Made by a program: the position numbers and the translations under genes. Positions 19,044-29,332 of a DNA stretch of 64,000 bases are shown here, one piece after another. This stretch comes from a virus. Its lineage: Duplodnaviria > Heunggongvirae > Uroviricota > Caudoviricetes. Below the pieces are notes generated by a model. That model ran no database searches, was not told where the DNA came from, and saw only the letters and a list, made by a program, of their open reading frames with translations. The stretch lies in IMG/VR virus record IMGVR_UViG_3300028833_000001, positions 191,171-255,170 of that record. One strand, 5' to 3'. Position 1 is the stretch's first letter. Each line of letters begins with the position of its first letter.

Positions 19044-19228
19044 TAGTATATAGTTTTTCTAGTTTTTATTTCATTGTTGATATTGTTATATTCTTTTTCC
19101 AATTCAACAAGTTCTTTGCATTTATCTTTAATTACATTTTTGATACTTTCAAATTCGTTTGTCAGATTTGTTATATATAACTTTAGTTCTGAATTACTCA
19201 TTGTTTGTATTTCTTTTTTTGTTTTCAT
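19043..19228 (-). CDS. Small coiled-coil hypothetical protein
   Basis: 61 aa; stop overlaps the spike start. Confidence 0.65.
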   Translation of the reverse strand: MKTKKEIQTMSNSELKLYITNLTNEFESIKNVIKDKCKELVELEKEYNNINNEIKTRKTIY

Positions 19229-19240
19229 ACGCTTAATGTT

Positions 19241-19633
19241 TTAACTGATTATACCATTAATAGCGGAATCTATAATATTAGTTCCAACTGATGTTACTGG
19301 TCCACCAGCATTTCCTCCAGTGACTTGAATCAATAGTGACTCCATTGGCACCGAAACTTGAACGTTAGCATCATTTTTAATGGAGTCAAATATAGATTTA
19401 ACTATATTGTAGGTGTATATGTTTATTAGATTTGGACTTCCGTCTGGATTATCATCGGTAGGTATTCCAGCTAATTTATTTTTCATTATAATATCAGTAG
19501 TTGTTCTATACGCGGACAACCCTGGCCTCGTTTGTGATACACACTTCAACAAAATTGGAGGCAATTTTTCCGCTGGTGTTTTTACTTTATCAAGAGCGGA
19601 TATTAATTTATTAACAGTTTCGGTTAAATTCAT
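19241..19633 (-). CDS. Hypothetical protein, probably structural
   Basis: 130 aa in a tightly packed operon with the spike gene. Confidence 0.75.
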   Translation of the reverse strand: MNLTETVNKLISALDKVKTPAEKLPPILLKCVSQTRPGLSAYRTTTDIIMKNKLAGIPTDDNPDGSPNLINIYTYNIVKSIFDSIKNDANVQVSVPMESLLIQVTGGNAGGPVTSVGTNIIDSAINGIIS

Positions 19634-19636
19634 TTT

Positions 19637-22204
19637 TTAGCAATTTGTTTCTGATTCTGGTAATGATTGTGATTCGACAATATCTGCGTATTGAACGTTG
19701 TCTATTTGCCCAAGTGATTTTCTTATTGAGAAATTAAACATTGGTACACATGTAGCTACTTCCCGTAATAATTGTATCCAAGCATCGAGTTTTTCTAACA
19801 ATAATAATAATTCATACGTTGTTAATTTTGGTATCAAATATTTAAAAACCATTCTTAACAAAATTTCTTTAACTTTATCCATAATAAGTCTTATTATAGA
19901 CTTAATTAACCCAAATATCTTATTAATAAGTAAATTAATAATTCCATTACTTTTATCAGTAAACAGCGCTTCTGTGTTTACGATACCCATTATGTCAAAA
20001 TTAATCATTATTAATAAAATAACCTGTGGTGTAAATATAGATTCTATTATTGGTAGCGATAACGCCATAACAACTTGTTTCCACCAGTTTTTATCATAAC
20101 CCAATTCAACCCCATAATCAACCGATTGCATTTCTGCTGGCGATTTTAATGAAACATCTGTTATTGTTTTCATTATTTGTGAAATTGAGCCTTCTTTAGA
20201 CGCCCCAAAATTCACTTTATCTATATTAGATAGGTAATCATCTATCGATACATCTTTTATTGTCGGTGTTTGCGAAGTTTGAACTATACTGTTATACCGA
20301 CTTAAAAGCATATCTTCCAACATAAGTTCGAATTCGTCGTTGGAAAATTCAAAATAACAATCTTCAGACTCTGTATCAACAGCTTGTATATATTTTTTTA
20401 TGGCTTCAGATAGTTTAGCCCTCATCTCTTCTCTTTTGAAATTAAAGCTTATACTATTTTTGAACCCTACTATACCGTTCAACAATGTGTTGAGCATGCC
20501 ATATAATATAATTTTTGGTTTAAAAATCTGTATATTGTATAAATACCTCCAATTATACTCATAAAGTGTTGAATTCATTCTTATGTTTCTATAAACAAAG
20601 GCATTGTCACTATCTTTTGCTAATGGTTTGAAGAATTTTTGGGCAGGAAATTCAACAACAAGCTCGTTCATTAGTAATTTTCCCCTTTGGCATTGCAGTA
20701 TAGGGAATAATTTATTTGATGTGTCATTAAGCGATGCGCATGATAGTTCTTCATATTGAGTTGTTTTTGAGTTGTACCATTCATTCCATTCTGCTGGCGT
20801 TTTTCTTTCAATTCCGCTTTTTTTAGAGGATATTCTGCTGTCCCACATTGTTTTATTTGTTTCAAATTGTAGTTCTGATGGTGATTTTGACATTGTGTAC
20901 CATAAAAATGCGTTCATATCATAAGTTTGGTTTAGTGTTGATGACGTTAATCCGTCATGAACCATAATAAAATCCTCATCAGCGCTTGTTACTGTTTCTG
21001 GTATTTCATTGTAGAATACAGCATTATCGTTAAAGTCGCATTTTTCATATGTATATGTTACAGAAGATACTACAACAGTGTCATCATGGTCGATAAATGG
21101 ACAATTATATAATTCATCATCATTTATAATATCAGAATCTTTTTTCATACCAAAATCTAACGTTGCGTTATTTCTTGATAACCAAAAATCAACAACTGGT
21201 TGTGATAATGTTTTGCTTAGCATTACGTGTGTCGTTCCTACACATACAGCGTGTTCTCCACTGTATTCTCCGCACTTTAACACTACATTGCAATAGGACT
21301 CACGTTTTCCAGTTGTCGGGTCTAACGATGTTCTACCAAATGATGGAGTTAAATTAAAAGTTTCTGAATCTTGCTCACCCTTTTTAATTATAAGATGCTT
21401 CACATCCCACAAATCATCTTTTGTGGCATACTTCAAATCTATATTAAGGTCATGTTCAAGTTTCTTGTCTAAATGGAAATATAATTCGTCTTCAACTTCG
21501 TGATTGTCTTCAGATGAGCCGTACTCTGTTTCACTAACATATTTTGCGTGCTTGTTTCCAAATTTTAAGCATAACAGCGCTGTAGATGTACAATGAGGTA
21601 TCTGGGTTGTTGATTCATATGTTTCTGTTGTTATATTGCAAACTTTTTGATAACAAATATCTTTACCTTCTATTTCATAGAATAAACGCCCTTCTTTAGA
21701 CAACGGATTGGTTGATAAATAACCAAACGGGTCTATAACTTCAATCGGAAATGTTAATTTCTGGAAAGCCTCTATTGCTTTTCTCATTTCTAATGTAAAT
21801 TTAGCGTCGTTTTTACCAACATCAAAATATTTGTTTGGAAGTACTGGTAACGCTGAACACGAAAAAATACTTGATAATAAAGTAAGTAAAATTCCCTTCA
21901 CAGAATATTCTAATCCAGTAAAGAATTTTCCATTATTATCAATCTCCATATTTTCGATTGATTCATACATTCCAGTTATTCCAGACGCAATATCTTCTTT
22001 AATATCAAAAACATCAGAAAAAAGCTCTCTTATGATTTCGTGTATATCAACTCCACATGCTTCCAATACGTCAATTAAAAAGTCAATAACACTGTCGTAC
22101 TTTGGGCCATGTAACAGGTCAAATAAACTAGACGGAAAATTTTCTATTAACGTGTTAATTGCATTTATTTTCCCTAATAACTCAATTGCTCCATTGTCTG
22201 ACAT
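19637..22204 (-). CDS. Large hypothetical protein, probably structural
   Basis: 855-aa uninterrupted ORF in the same operon. Confidence 0.8.
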   Translation of the reverse strand: MSDNGAIELLGKINAINTLIENFPSSLFDLLHGPKYDSVIDFLIDVLEACGVDIHEIIRELFSDVFDIKEDIASGITGMYESIENMEIDNNGKFFTGLEYSVKGILLTLLSSIFSCSALPVLPNKYFDVGKNDAKFTLEMRKAIEAFQKLTFPIEVIDPFGYLSTNPLSKEGRLFYEIEGKDICYQKVCNITTETYESTTQIPHCTSTALLCLKFGNKHAKYVSETEYGSSEDNHEVEDELYFHLDKKLEHDLNIDLKYATKDDLWDVKHLIIKKGEQDSETFNLTPSFGRTSLDPTTGKRESYCNVVLKCGEYSGEHAVCVGTTHVMLSKTLSQPVVDFWLSRNNATLDFGMKKDSDIINDDELYNCPFIDHDDTVVVSSVTYTYEKCDFNDNAVFYNEIPETVTSADEDFIMVHDGLTSSTLNQTYDMNAFLWYTMSKSPSELQFETNKTMWDSRISSKKSGIERKTPAEWNEWYNSKTTQYEELSCASLNDTSNKLFPILQCQRGKLLMNELVVEFPAQKFFKPLAKDSDNAFVYRNIRMNSTLYEYNWRYLYNIQIFKPKIILYGMLNTLLNGIVGFKNSISFNFKREEMRAKLSEAIKKYIQAVDTESEDCYFEFSNDEFELMLEDMLLSRYNSIVQTSQTPTIKDVSIDDYLSNIDKVNFGASKEGSISQIMKTITDVSLKSPAEMQSVDYGVELGYDKNWWKQVVMALSLPIIESIFTPQVILLIMINFDIMGIVNTEALFTDKSNGIINLLINKIFGLIKSIIRLIMDKVKEILLRMVFKYLIPKLTTYELLLLLEKLDAWIQLLREVATCVPMFNFSIRKSLGQIDNVQYADIVESQSLPESETNC

Positions 22205-22208
22205 TATA

Positions 22209-22616
22209 TTATTTACTTTTTAGGTTATAAACTGTTGTTGTATCTGTATCTTGTGCTTCTTTTATTGCGGCTTTAATGTCCTCCAATTTTAATGAAGACT
22301 TTTTAACATAGTTTTTATCGTTAACTGTTGCGTTTATATCTCCATTATGATGAATTATTTCACCCATGAATTTAGCGATTTCTAATTTTGATTGTATCGC
22401 TTTTGATTTATCACCGATAAAATCATGCACAGCTTTTGCATATTTTGCCTTTTCTTCCATAGTAACAGTGTCGGCGCCCAAATTTGTAGAATTGATAATT
22501 TTATTGATTTCGTTATCAATCTCGTTTATATGCCTACATGCTTGGTCGTATATTTCTTGTAAAAGTTCTTCAACCTTTTCTGTTGAATTAAGTTTAACTC
22601 TGTATTTTTTATCCAT
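22209..22616 (-). CDS. Hypothetical coiled-coil protein
   Basis: 135 aa; first gene after a TATTTATA box (plus-strand TATAAATA at 22632-22639). Confidence 0.75.
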   Translation of the reverse strand: MDKKYRVKLNSTEKVEELLQEIYDQACRHINEIDNEINKIINSTNLGADTVTMEEKAKYAKAVHDFIGDKSKAIQSKLEIAKFMGEIIHHNGDINATVNDKNYVKKSSLKLEDIKAAIKEAQDTDTTTVYNLKSK

Positions 22617-22661
22617 TTTTTTCTATTTTACTATAAATATTTTATGTAAAATTTTCAATAA

Positions 22662-23546
22662 TTACAATTCATTTTTTTTAATGGCATAATATACTTTTTT
22701 GAACTGTCTCATATTTTCCCTTATTTCTTTAGTTGACATATATGTTGATTCTCTTAGAAAATATAAAACTTTACTTTTTTGCAGTTTATTACTGCCGTCG
22801 TCTGGTAGTATTTCGTCCCAATTTCTCATTAAATCGACTAGCGCTTTACCTACAGTAACCTCTCCTTCCGATAGACCATATTTATCGCAATTATCGACCA
22901 TATCATCAATCTCTATAGCCATTTTAGCAATAAGTTTTTCTGGTGTCGATTCATTATCGTCTTGGTCAATCGTATATGACGTCCTATTTGATAATTCATC
23001 ATATAATTCCTCATACGGTTCATGACGTTGCTTATTTTTTGAATATTGACTGCATTTGTACATTAAATAATTTTTGCATACTGTTCCGCAATACGAATAT
23101 GCCTTATATTTATGCGTTACTTTTTTGAAATATCTACTAAAATCTTGGTAGTCTACTTTTATAAATTGAGGGTCATCATCAGTAGCGTTCTTTGATTTTA
23201 ATTTAAATTCATCCAGCGGCATTTCAATATACTCATGTTTTAATATCTGGTCACTGTCAAGCAATTCTTCATATGATGTTATAATCGGCCTAAAATGATG
23301 TATTTTTGTTAATAGATAAGAAACTGTGTCACAAAAATTTTGGTCAAACTCCTCGTCTGGTACGAATAATTTATATCTCCTTATAATAGACTCTATCATT
23401 TTTGTAAGAGCTGGATAAATTGTTTCGTTAAAAAGCCTATTTTTTTCAGCTTCATCTTCAGTTTCTATATATTTTATAATCGCTTCTTCTTCTGTTTCAT
23501 AAAAATATCCTTTATGTTCTTTTGGTTTTCTGCCTCTTTTTCCCAT
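22662..23546 (-). CDS. Putative phage RNA polymerase sigma factor (late-sigma candidate)
   Basis: YF.E..EEAI.KY, IYPAL.KMIESII..Y, DTVSYLL.KI..F and KAYSYCGTVCKNYL resemble sigma region 2 of phage sigma factors; about 60-aa insertion before KAYSY. Confidence 0.55.
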   Translation of the reverse strand: MGKRGRKPKEHKGYFYETEEEAIIKYIETEDEAEKNRLFNETIYPALTKMIESIIRRYKLFVPDEEFDQNFCDTVSYLLTKIHHFRPIITSYEELLDSDQILKHEYIEMPLDEFKLKSKNATDDDPQFIKVDYQDFSRYFKKVTHKYKAYSYCGTVCKNYLMYKCSQYSKNKQRHEPYEELYDELSNRTSYTIDQDDNESTPEKLIAKMAIEIDDMVDNCDKYGLSEGEVTVGKALVDLMRNWDEILPDDGSNKLQKSKVLYFLRESTYMSTKEIRENMRQFKKVYYAIKKNEL

Positions 23547-23659
23547 TTTTAATTTTGTCTTATACTGCTATAAAACACCTTTCTGCATAACCAATGCACT
23601 TTCCGTTACAATTACCATATTTATGGCCTTTCTAATGATGTTTTGTAACTTATTAATGA

Positions 23660-24421
23660 TTAGTTATTTTCGTCGTATGTTTTATTCCTGTCGTTTTGGA
23701 AAAAGTATTCTTTATTTGCTAAATCTAACCACCATTCAAATTCCTTTTCGGACATTTTAGAGCGCACATCGTTTGCTCCTGGTCTGTTTACATTATGAAA
23801 GCACCCAACTTTTGGAATTATAAACACTTTTTTGCCTTTATATGTAACCCTCAATAAAAATTCATACCAATATAAAATTTTCATCGAAGATTTTAATTTT
23901 CCAGACTCTTTAAACATTTCAGTGTCAAACACACCACAATTTGTGTTGATATTTAAATAATCCTGTAAACTTGTGTTATCAATAAAGCCTATTTCTTCAG
24001 AAAATGATGAAGCCCAAAAAGCCTCGTTTGCATACCCTAAAATATCTGATGAATTGAAATCAATAATTTCTGTTAGCGGCAAATAACAAATTACGTCATC
24101 GCCCATTTTTGAAATGTACTCTTGTGAGCCATTAAACCAATTTTTTGAAAAAACATCGTCTATTTCTACAACTGAAAAGTATTTTGTTGTAACATTTTCT
24201 ACACCTAAATTTACATGTGAAGGTATAGTGTTGTCTCCAGTACTAACTATTTTTGTAATATTTATATCACTATTTTCTGGAATCAAATCTATCACTTCTT
24301 TTGCACCAACACAAATTACCTGCATTCCTTGTGGAATACTTGATAAACATTTTTGAAACAATACTAAATTTTCTTGTGTTGATAAATCAATTAATGGAAT
24401 AATAACTGTTATGTTTTGCAT
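23660..24421 (-). CDS. Glycosyltransferase, GT-A fold (family 2-like)
   Basis: ITVIIPL start, N.GV..VTTKYFSVVEIDD (DxD-type), Y.EFLLR. Confidence 0.75.
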   Translation of the reverse strand: MQNITVIIPLIDLSTQENLVLFQKCLSSIPQGMQVICVGAKEVIDLIPENSDINITKIVSTGDNTIPSHVNLGVENVTTKYFSVVEIDDVFSKNWFNGSQEYISKMGDDVICYLPLTEIIDFNSSDILGYANEAFWASSFSEEIGFIDNTSLQDYLNINTNCGVFDTEMFKESGKLKSSMKILYWYEFLLRVTYKGKKVFIIPKVGCFHNVNRPGANDVRSKMSEKEFEWWLDLANKEYFFQNDRNKTYDENN

Positions 24422-24423
24422 TA

Positions 24424-25518
24424 TTAATCGTTTTCATTTTGTTTGTTATTTTTTAGAAAAATTTTGGTTTCATTGAATTCTTTTAATCTTTTATCAAAAA
24501 AATCTTCAACGTAAACCTTCAATATAGCATTTTTTTGGTCTTCTTCTGAATATAGAGAAGAAAATTCGTCTTGGTTATTGTATATTTCATCTGGTACCTC
24601 GTCCAAGGTCCAACTTCTTATCGCTGAAGGAAGTATTTTTGGCAGCTCATTTATATCGTCAAACCATATGATTTTTTCGGTAAAATTACCATTCTTATCT
24701 AACATCCACTCTGATGGGTTGTTTGGCGTTTTTGCGATTACTAAGCTTCCGCTTCTAAGAGCCTCAAGTAATGTATATCCAAAATTTGTTTTATCATCCA
24801 TCCATATCGTGATTGCACCAGTATTTAATGACTCTGCAAAAACATCTTGAGACATATTTCTTAAATCACTAAATGAAACCCATTTATAAATTGGATTCAT
24901 CCAATAGAATGGTTTAACTATCATGTGAATATCACTTTGCTCTTGTGCTATAATATTAATAACTAGGCGTTTAGGCTTATTTGATTTTTTGAAAATACAG
25001 CTAATTGACGGAGGAACTATATGCGTTTTCAATTCTGGAAAATATTGCTTAATCATAGAACCTTGTTTTTCTGAAGTTACAATTGCATCTTTAATGTTTA
25101 ATAGCTCTGGGGTTTGTGATATTGGCATGAATTCAGTAATATAATTATAATTTTGTACTAACATAACCCTTTGGCATGGCAAATTTTTAGTTTGCATCAT
25201 AACATTAGCAAATATTTCTGGAATAAATAAAAAGTCACTGGCCGAAACTTGAACGTTGTCTGTTTCAATATTAGCGTGAGGAAGTTCTGCATATTTAGAA
25301 CCCATCCAGTCTCCTACCCCTACGAATTCTTTGTCCATATGTAACATTATTACATTGTATCCAGCTTCTTTTAGAATATATGCGGTTTTATATATGTATT
25401 CCAATGAACTATTTGGATTACCTTTTGTGTCTAAAACAAAAAAATAAACATTAAACGTTTTGTTCTTTAAACGTTCGATATTTTCATTAAGTACTTTATT
25501 TATGTCTTTACTTGTCAT
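24424..25518 (-). CDS. Glycosyltransferase, GT-B fold (family 4-like)
   Basis: FLFIPEIF, FGYTLLEALRSGSLVI (E-x7 GT4-type segment). Confidence 0.7.
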   Translation of the reverse strand: MTSKDINKVLNENIERLKNKTFNVYFFVLDTKGNPNSSLEYIYKTAYILKEAGYNVIMLHMDKEFVGVGDWMGSKYAELPHANIETDNVQVSASDFLFIPEIFANVMMQTKNLPCQRVMLVQNYNYITEFMPISQTPELLNIKDAIVTSEKQGSMIKQYFPELKTHIVPPSISCIFKKSNKPKRLVINIIAQEQSDIHMIVKPFYWMNPIYKWVSFSDLRNMSQDVFAESLNTGAITIWMDDKTNFGYTLLEALRSGSLVIAKTPNNPSEWMLDKNGNFTEKIIWFDDINELPKILPSAIRSWTLDEVPDEIYNNQDEFSSLYSEEDQKNAILKVYVEDFFDKRLKEFNETKIFLKNNKQNEND

Positions 25519-25536
25519 ATATATTATTTTAATAGA

Positions 25537-25905
25537 TTATTCAATTTCTTCTATAACACCCCAATTAATTAAGGTATTTAACGATAAACTAGTCCCTAAT
25601 GTAGGACAAAAAGTATTTTCCATACTATCGTTCTCAAGAATATTGATAAACATAAGTTTAACAATATCATAGATTATCATGTCATTTTGTGTGCTTCCAA
25701 CAAGTTTTGTTTCATGTTCCAGTTTTCCTGAAAGTTCAAATTCACCGTTATCTTGACGTTCGTACGTTTGTGATATTTCAATTTCTTTGGTACAACCACC
25801 ATCCATTGATGAATTTAAACATACCTCTTTCAACTTTTTGAAATTAACGACATATACTTTGCCGTTAAATTTCATGTATTTTTGCTCAGTTTCATTTTTC
25901 CTCAT
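25537..25905 (-). CDS. Hypothetical protein
   Basis: 122 aa, overlaps the upstream gene. Confidence 0.75.
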   Translation of the reverse strand: MRKNETEQKYMKFNGKVYVVNFKKLKEVCLNSSMDGGCTKEIEISQTYERQDNGEFELSGKLEHETKLVGSTQNDMIIYDIVKLMFINILENDSMENTFCPTLGTSLSLNTLINWGVIEEIE

Positions 25906-26494
25906 AATTAAGTTTGATTAAGTTTTCTGGTGTTGACATAAACGACACCAAATTATTATACGTAAAATCGGCATTACAATTTTTATTGTAATCGGTAGAA
26001 ATTTTAATAGATATTTTTCCATTTGGCTTAATATCCAATAAATTGGGGTCGGCTGTTATTAATACATCGCATTTATCCCAAATTTCAGCACTGTTCGTAG
26101 GAAAATAAACTTCCCTAATTTTCGTTCCAAGTTTTGAAATAAAATAATATGAATTACATATTGATAAACCATACTCTTTGCTTGAAACAAACATTAACTC
26201 TATGTCAAATGGAGTATCGGCTTCTTTAACCGTAACTTCAGACCAATGGTTTAACTCTTGTGTTAAATTCCTTCCGCATGTTCCGCATTTGCCGTATAAT
26301 TCAAATGCGTAATTGCTATACATAAAATCATACATCGCTGACTTACTTTGAAAATTAAATACAGCCGACATATCATTAGACCAGAATTCAAAGTCTGTCA
26401 AATCAAAATTTCTATTATAACACTCAATGTAGTATTTTAAAAAATTAATTGAAAAATCTCTTACTACATCATTTAAATCTATTGCTATTTTCAT
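25892..26494 (-). CDS. HAD-superfamily 5'(3')-deoxyribonucleotidase-like protein with divergent motifs
   Basis: KIAIDLNDVVRD (motif I variant), CDVLITADP (usual DD replaced), YNKN. Confidence 0.6.
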   Translation of the reverse strand: MKIAIDLNDVVRDFSINFLKYYIECYNRNFDLTDFEFWSNDMSAVFNFQSKSAMYDFMYSNYAFELYGKCGTCGRNLTQELNHWSEVTVKEADTPFDIELMFVSSKEYGLSICNSYYFISKLGTKIREVYFPTNSAEIWDKCDVLITADPNLLDIKPNGKISIKISTDYNKNCNADFTYNNLVSFMSTPENLIKLNYEEK

Positions 26495-26515
26495 TATATG
26501 TTTTTATTTGTTTTT

Positions 26516-27430
26516 TTATTGAAGTTCAAAAATATCACTTTTCTTCGCATTTGATTTATATTTCATGTCAAGTGTTTCTGTTTTATATTTTTCTGGTATA
26601 TATAAACCATTATTTTCTATTTTACAATCATAAACAAGAACAAAATTGCCATCAAAAATATCAATATTCGATAAAATAACATCTTTAAACGAAAATAAAC
26701 TAATATCGCAAACACCCCAAGCTTTATCTGATACCCATTCAATACCTGTTAAATCAGTTATGTCTGATTTGTAATTTTTTGTTTCAAACATAGTTGCCAA
26801 ATTTGAAATCAAAATAGCGTCAATTTTACCGAACTGACTTGCTTCGTTTGGTAAATATAAATCAACAATTGCTCGGCCTTCTTCGTTATCTGGTTTTCTA
26901 ACAACAATTTTTTTTACAAATTTTTCAATCTCAAATCGAGGAATAAAATTATCTCTATGCAGAGTAAGCGTTGTTGCATAATCATATATACCATTTGGTA
27001 TTGAACTGTCAGATATCGACGAATGGTTTTGTATGTGTTTATTATCCTGAATTGTTATTATTGTAAAATTTTCTGGATTGTACACTGGTGGATGTCTCAT
27101 AAAGTCGTTAAGATTTTTTTTTGACAATCTTGGAGCATTAAATCCCACAATTTCACCTTCGTCATCAATGTTTACTGTTATAGTACTGGTATCAAATTTA
27201 TCTGATTCTTTAAAAACACGGTAGTGTTTATCTCTTAATTCTTCAACTTCTTGTGTTACTTTGTTTTCCAATAAATCATTAAACACTCCGCCTCCAAATT
27301 GTTTTTCTAATATTGACTTTATATCTGACGAATTTGTTGACGTTCCAAAAATTGCATCGTCGCCAGCTTTCAGTCCTAAAAAAAACAATTTAAATGTTAA
27401 TTTAATTTTGTTAAAAAACTTTTTAATCAT
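26516..27430 (-). CDS. Hypothetical protein
   Basis: 304-aa ORF in the operon. Confidence 0.8.
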   Translation of the reverse strand: MIKKFFNKIKLTFKLFFLGLKAGDDAIFGTSTNSSDIKSILEKQFGGGVFNDLLENKVTQEVEELRDKHYRVFKESDKFDTSTITVNIDDEGEIVGFNAPRLSKKNLNDFMRHPPVYNPENFTIITIQDNKHIQNHSSISDSSIPNGIYDYATTLTLHRDNFIPRFEIEKFVKKIVVRKPDNEEGRAIVDLYLPNEASQFGKIDAILISNLATMFETKNYKSDITDLTGIEWVSDKAWGVCDISLFSFKDVILSNIDIFDGNFVLVYDCKIENNGLYIPEKYKTETLDMKYKSNAKKSDIFELQ

Positions 27431-27665
27431 TTTCTAGCATTTTATTTAAAATTAATTCCATTTTTTCGATTATAGCATTGTGTAGGTCGTTGTATTTTTT
27501 AAATGCCTGATATTTTGGTTGTGACGAATCAATACTTCCATCATATCGTTTAGTAATATTTTCATATTTTGTACATACTATTCGTGCCATTTTTTCCAAC
27601 AACACAAGTTGTAAACAATCAATTGTTTTCGGTAATTCTTTTTTTTTGGTTTCACTCATAATCAT
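27423..27665 (-). CDS. Hypothetical protein, first gene of the GT/sigma operon
   Basis: 80 aa, directly below a sigma70-like promoter. Confidence 0.7.
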   Translation of the reverse strand: MIMSETKKKELPKTIDCLQLVLLEKMARIVCTKYENITKRYDGSIDSSQPKYQAFKKYNDLHNAIIEKMELILNKMLEND

Positions 27666-27676
27666 TTTTTATTAGA

Positions 27677-27705
27677 AATATACCATTTGTATTATATAAT
27701 GTCAA
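27677..27705 (-). promoter_or_regulatory. Sigma70-like promoter TTGACA-N17-TATATT
   Basis: Plus strand TGTCAA at 27700-27705 and AATATA at 27677-27682. Confidence 0.65.
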
Positions 27706-27726
27706 TTTTTTTTTGTGACATATAGA

Positions 27727-27734
27727 TATTTATA
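27727..27734 (+). promoter_or_regulatory. Putative late promoter variant TATTTATA
   Basis: 30 nt before ATG 27757. Confidence 0.5.
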
Positions 27735-27756
27735 GGTAATAAAATAGTTTTGAATT

Positions 27757-28636
27757 ATGAGTAAAATTAGACTTACTGAAGAAAAGTTAACTTCTTTAAT
27801 AGAAGAAAGCGTATATGAATTATTGAAAGAAGCTGAAACCGATGAAAGATTAGGACACTTTTTGGGAAACGCATTTCAATCAATGAAAAATAGGTGGAAT
27901 AGATTTAAGGGTGATATAGGTGCTGGAAGAAATTATGCAAGGTATCGTGATAGAGGAATGGATTCATATGACAAGTATGGTGATGAGGCTGGCAATATGA
28001 GAAATTTTGGTGGTAGGGAATATGGTGTTTATAGACGTAACCAAGCTGTCAGTAGAAACAGAAATGCTGCTAATAAATGGACAGATGAGTTTGGTAATGT
28101 AACAAATAGTAGGTTTAATAACAACAACACAGAACCACAAAATACAACAGCAAATAATACAAACACTCAACAGGGCAGAGAAACATCACAGCCTAATAAT
28201 ACAGACGGAAACGCTGTAAACAACACCAACTCCAAATCCAAATACTACTACTCAAAACACTACTGCACAAAATAATGCAACTACAAATACTGCATCACAA
28301 CCTAATAGTCAAAGAAATCAAGCAAAATATAATAATATTATGTCACAGCAAAATAAAATAAAGCAACAGATGCAACAAATTGCCAATTATTTAACTGACA
28401 AAAAAAATAATCATAATTTTAGACTGGTTAATGGAGAATGGGTTACCAATGGTACTGATGGCGGAATATATAAAGCGTCTGAATCTGGGTATAATGACAT
28501 TAGGACAAGAGCTATTCAATATAAGCAATTACAAGCTCAACTTAATAAATTAAGACAAAAAATATATACTGATAAAATTATTCAAGAATCTGTTGATAAA
28601 GTATTAAAACAATATACTAAAAAGAAAAGAAAATAA
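27757..28636 (+). CDS. Probable head-packaged protein split by a +1 frameshift near 28217-28230 (ORFs 27757..28275 and 28220..28636)
   Basis: The N/T/Q low-complexity tract continues in frame +1 from 28220 through ATG 28340. Head-type motifs sit at both ends of the joined product. Confidence 0.6.
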
Positions 28637-28646
28637 TTTAATATAA

Positions 28647-28676
28647 AAAAAATGCGGAGATTTACTCCGCATTTTT
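28647..28676. terminator. Bidirectional terminator
   Basis: AAAAATGCGGAG-ATTTA-CTCCGCATTTTT between convergent genes. Confidence 0.85.
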
Positions 28677-29273
28677 GTTTTCGTTAGTTTGTGTCAATTT
28701 CTTATATCGTTCTCGTTCGATTGCATAAGCCATTTCGTTTGCTTGTCTTACGATTGTAGAATAGATTGACATAAATGCTTTTCTCGCACAGTTTTGTTCG
28801 TCATTGTCCAGACAAGTGATGGCCTCGAATTCAATTGGTGAAAGTTTAACACCATTGTTAAGTGCTTCAAGTGCACTTCTTTCACCTCCATTAATCATTC
28901 CTTCCTGTTTCTTGGCGAACTTGAACAGCATATTGCGGTTCTTGATTTCCCATTCATTGTCGTTTTCGACATACAGATGACGTTTTGAAAGATGCATAAT
29001 GCAACAAATTTTTAATAGTTGTTCGTCATCAATTTGAAATGTTCCAGAAACCATCTTTGCAATTCGCTGCGCTAATGCCATTGTTAGGTTAATATGAACC
29101 AATAATGCACCCTTGTATGCCGTTCCATATTCAGAACTTGCTGCACATGGAGAATCGCACAATTCTTTTTGTAGTTGGTCACAATCATATTTTTCGGCTA
29201 AATGTAAATTACTAAACACAGTAAAAAATTTAGTCCATTCTGTTGCTCTTTGTACTTCTGATAAACTTGCCAT
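28662..29273 (-). CDS. HD-domain-like protein with degenerate HD motif
   Basis: YKGALLVH (first His), LLKICCIMHLSK (HD reads HL), GERS...G.KLSPIEFEAI. Confidence 0.5.
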   Translation of the reverse strand: MASLSEVQRATEWTKFFTVFSNLHLAEKYDCDQLQKELCDSPCAASSEYGTAYKGALLVHINLTMALAQRIAKMVSGTFQIDDEQLLKICCIMHLSKRHLYVENDNEWEIKNRNMLFKFAKKQEGMINGGERSALEALNNGVKLSPIEFEAITCLDNDEQNCARKAFMSIYSTIVRQANEMAYAIERERYKKLTQTNENKNAE

Positions 29274-29332
29274 TTGTTTTAATTTTTAAAGTTGATATGG
29301 TAATCATACAATAAAATTTTTACATACACAAA

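Noticed and set aside
22209-22616. Terminase small subunit call
   Set aside because: Size and coiled-coil character fit, but no recognisable gp16 motif and it is far from terL; left as hypothetical.
23547-23659. Structured RNA or leader peptide between GT2 and the sigma-like gene
   Set aside because: Only a 16-codon ORF and no convincing stem; cannot be supported by eye.
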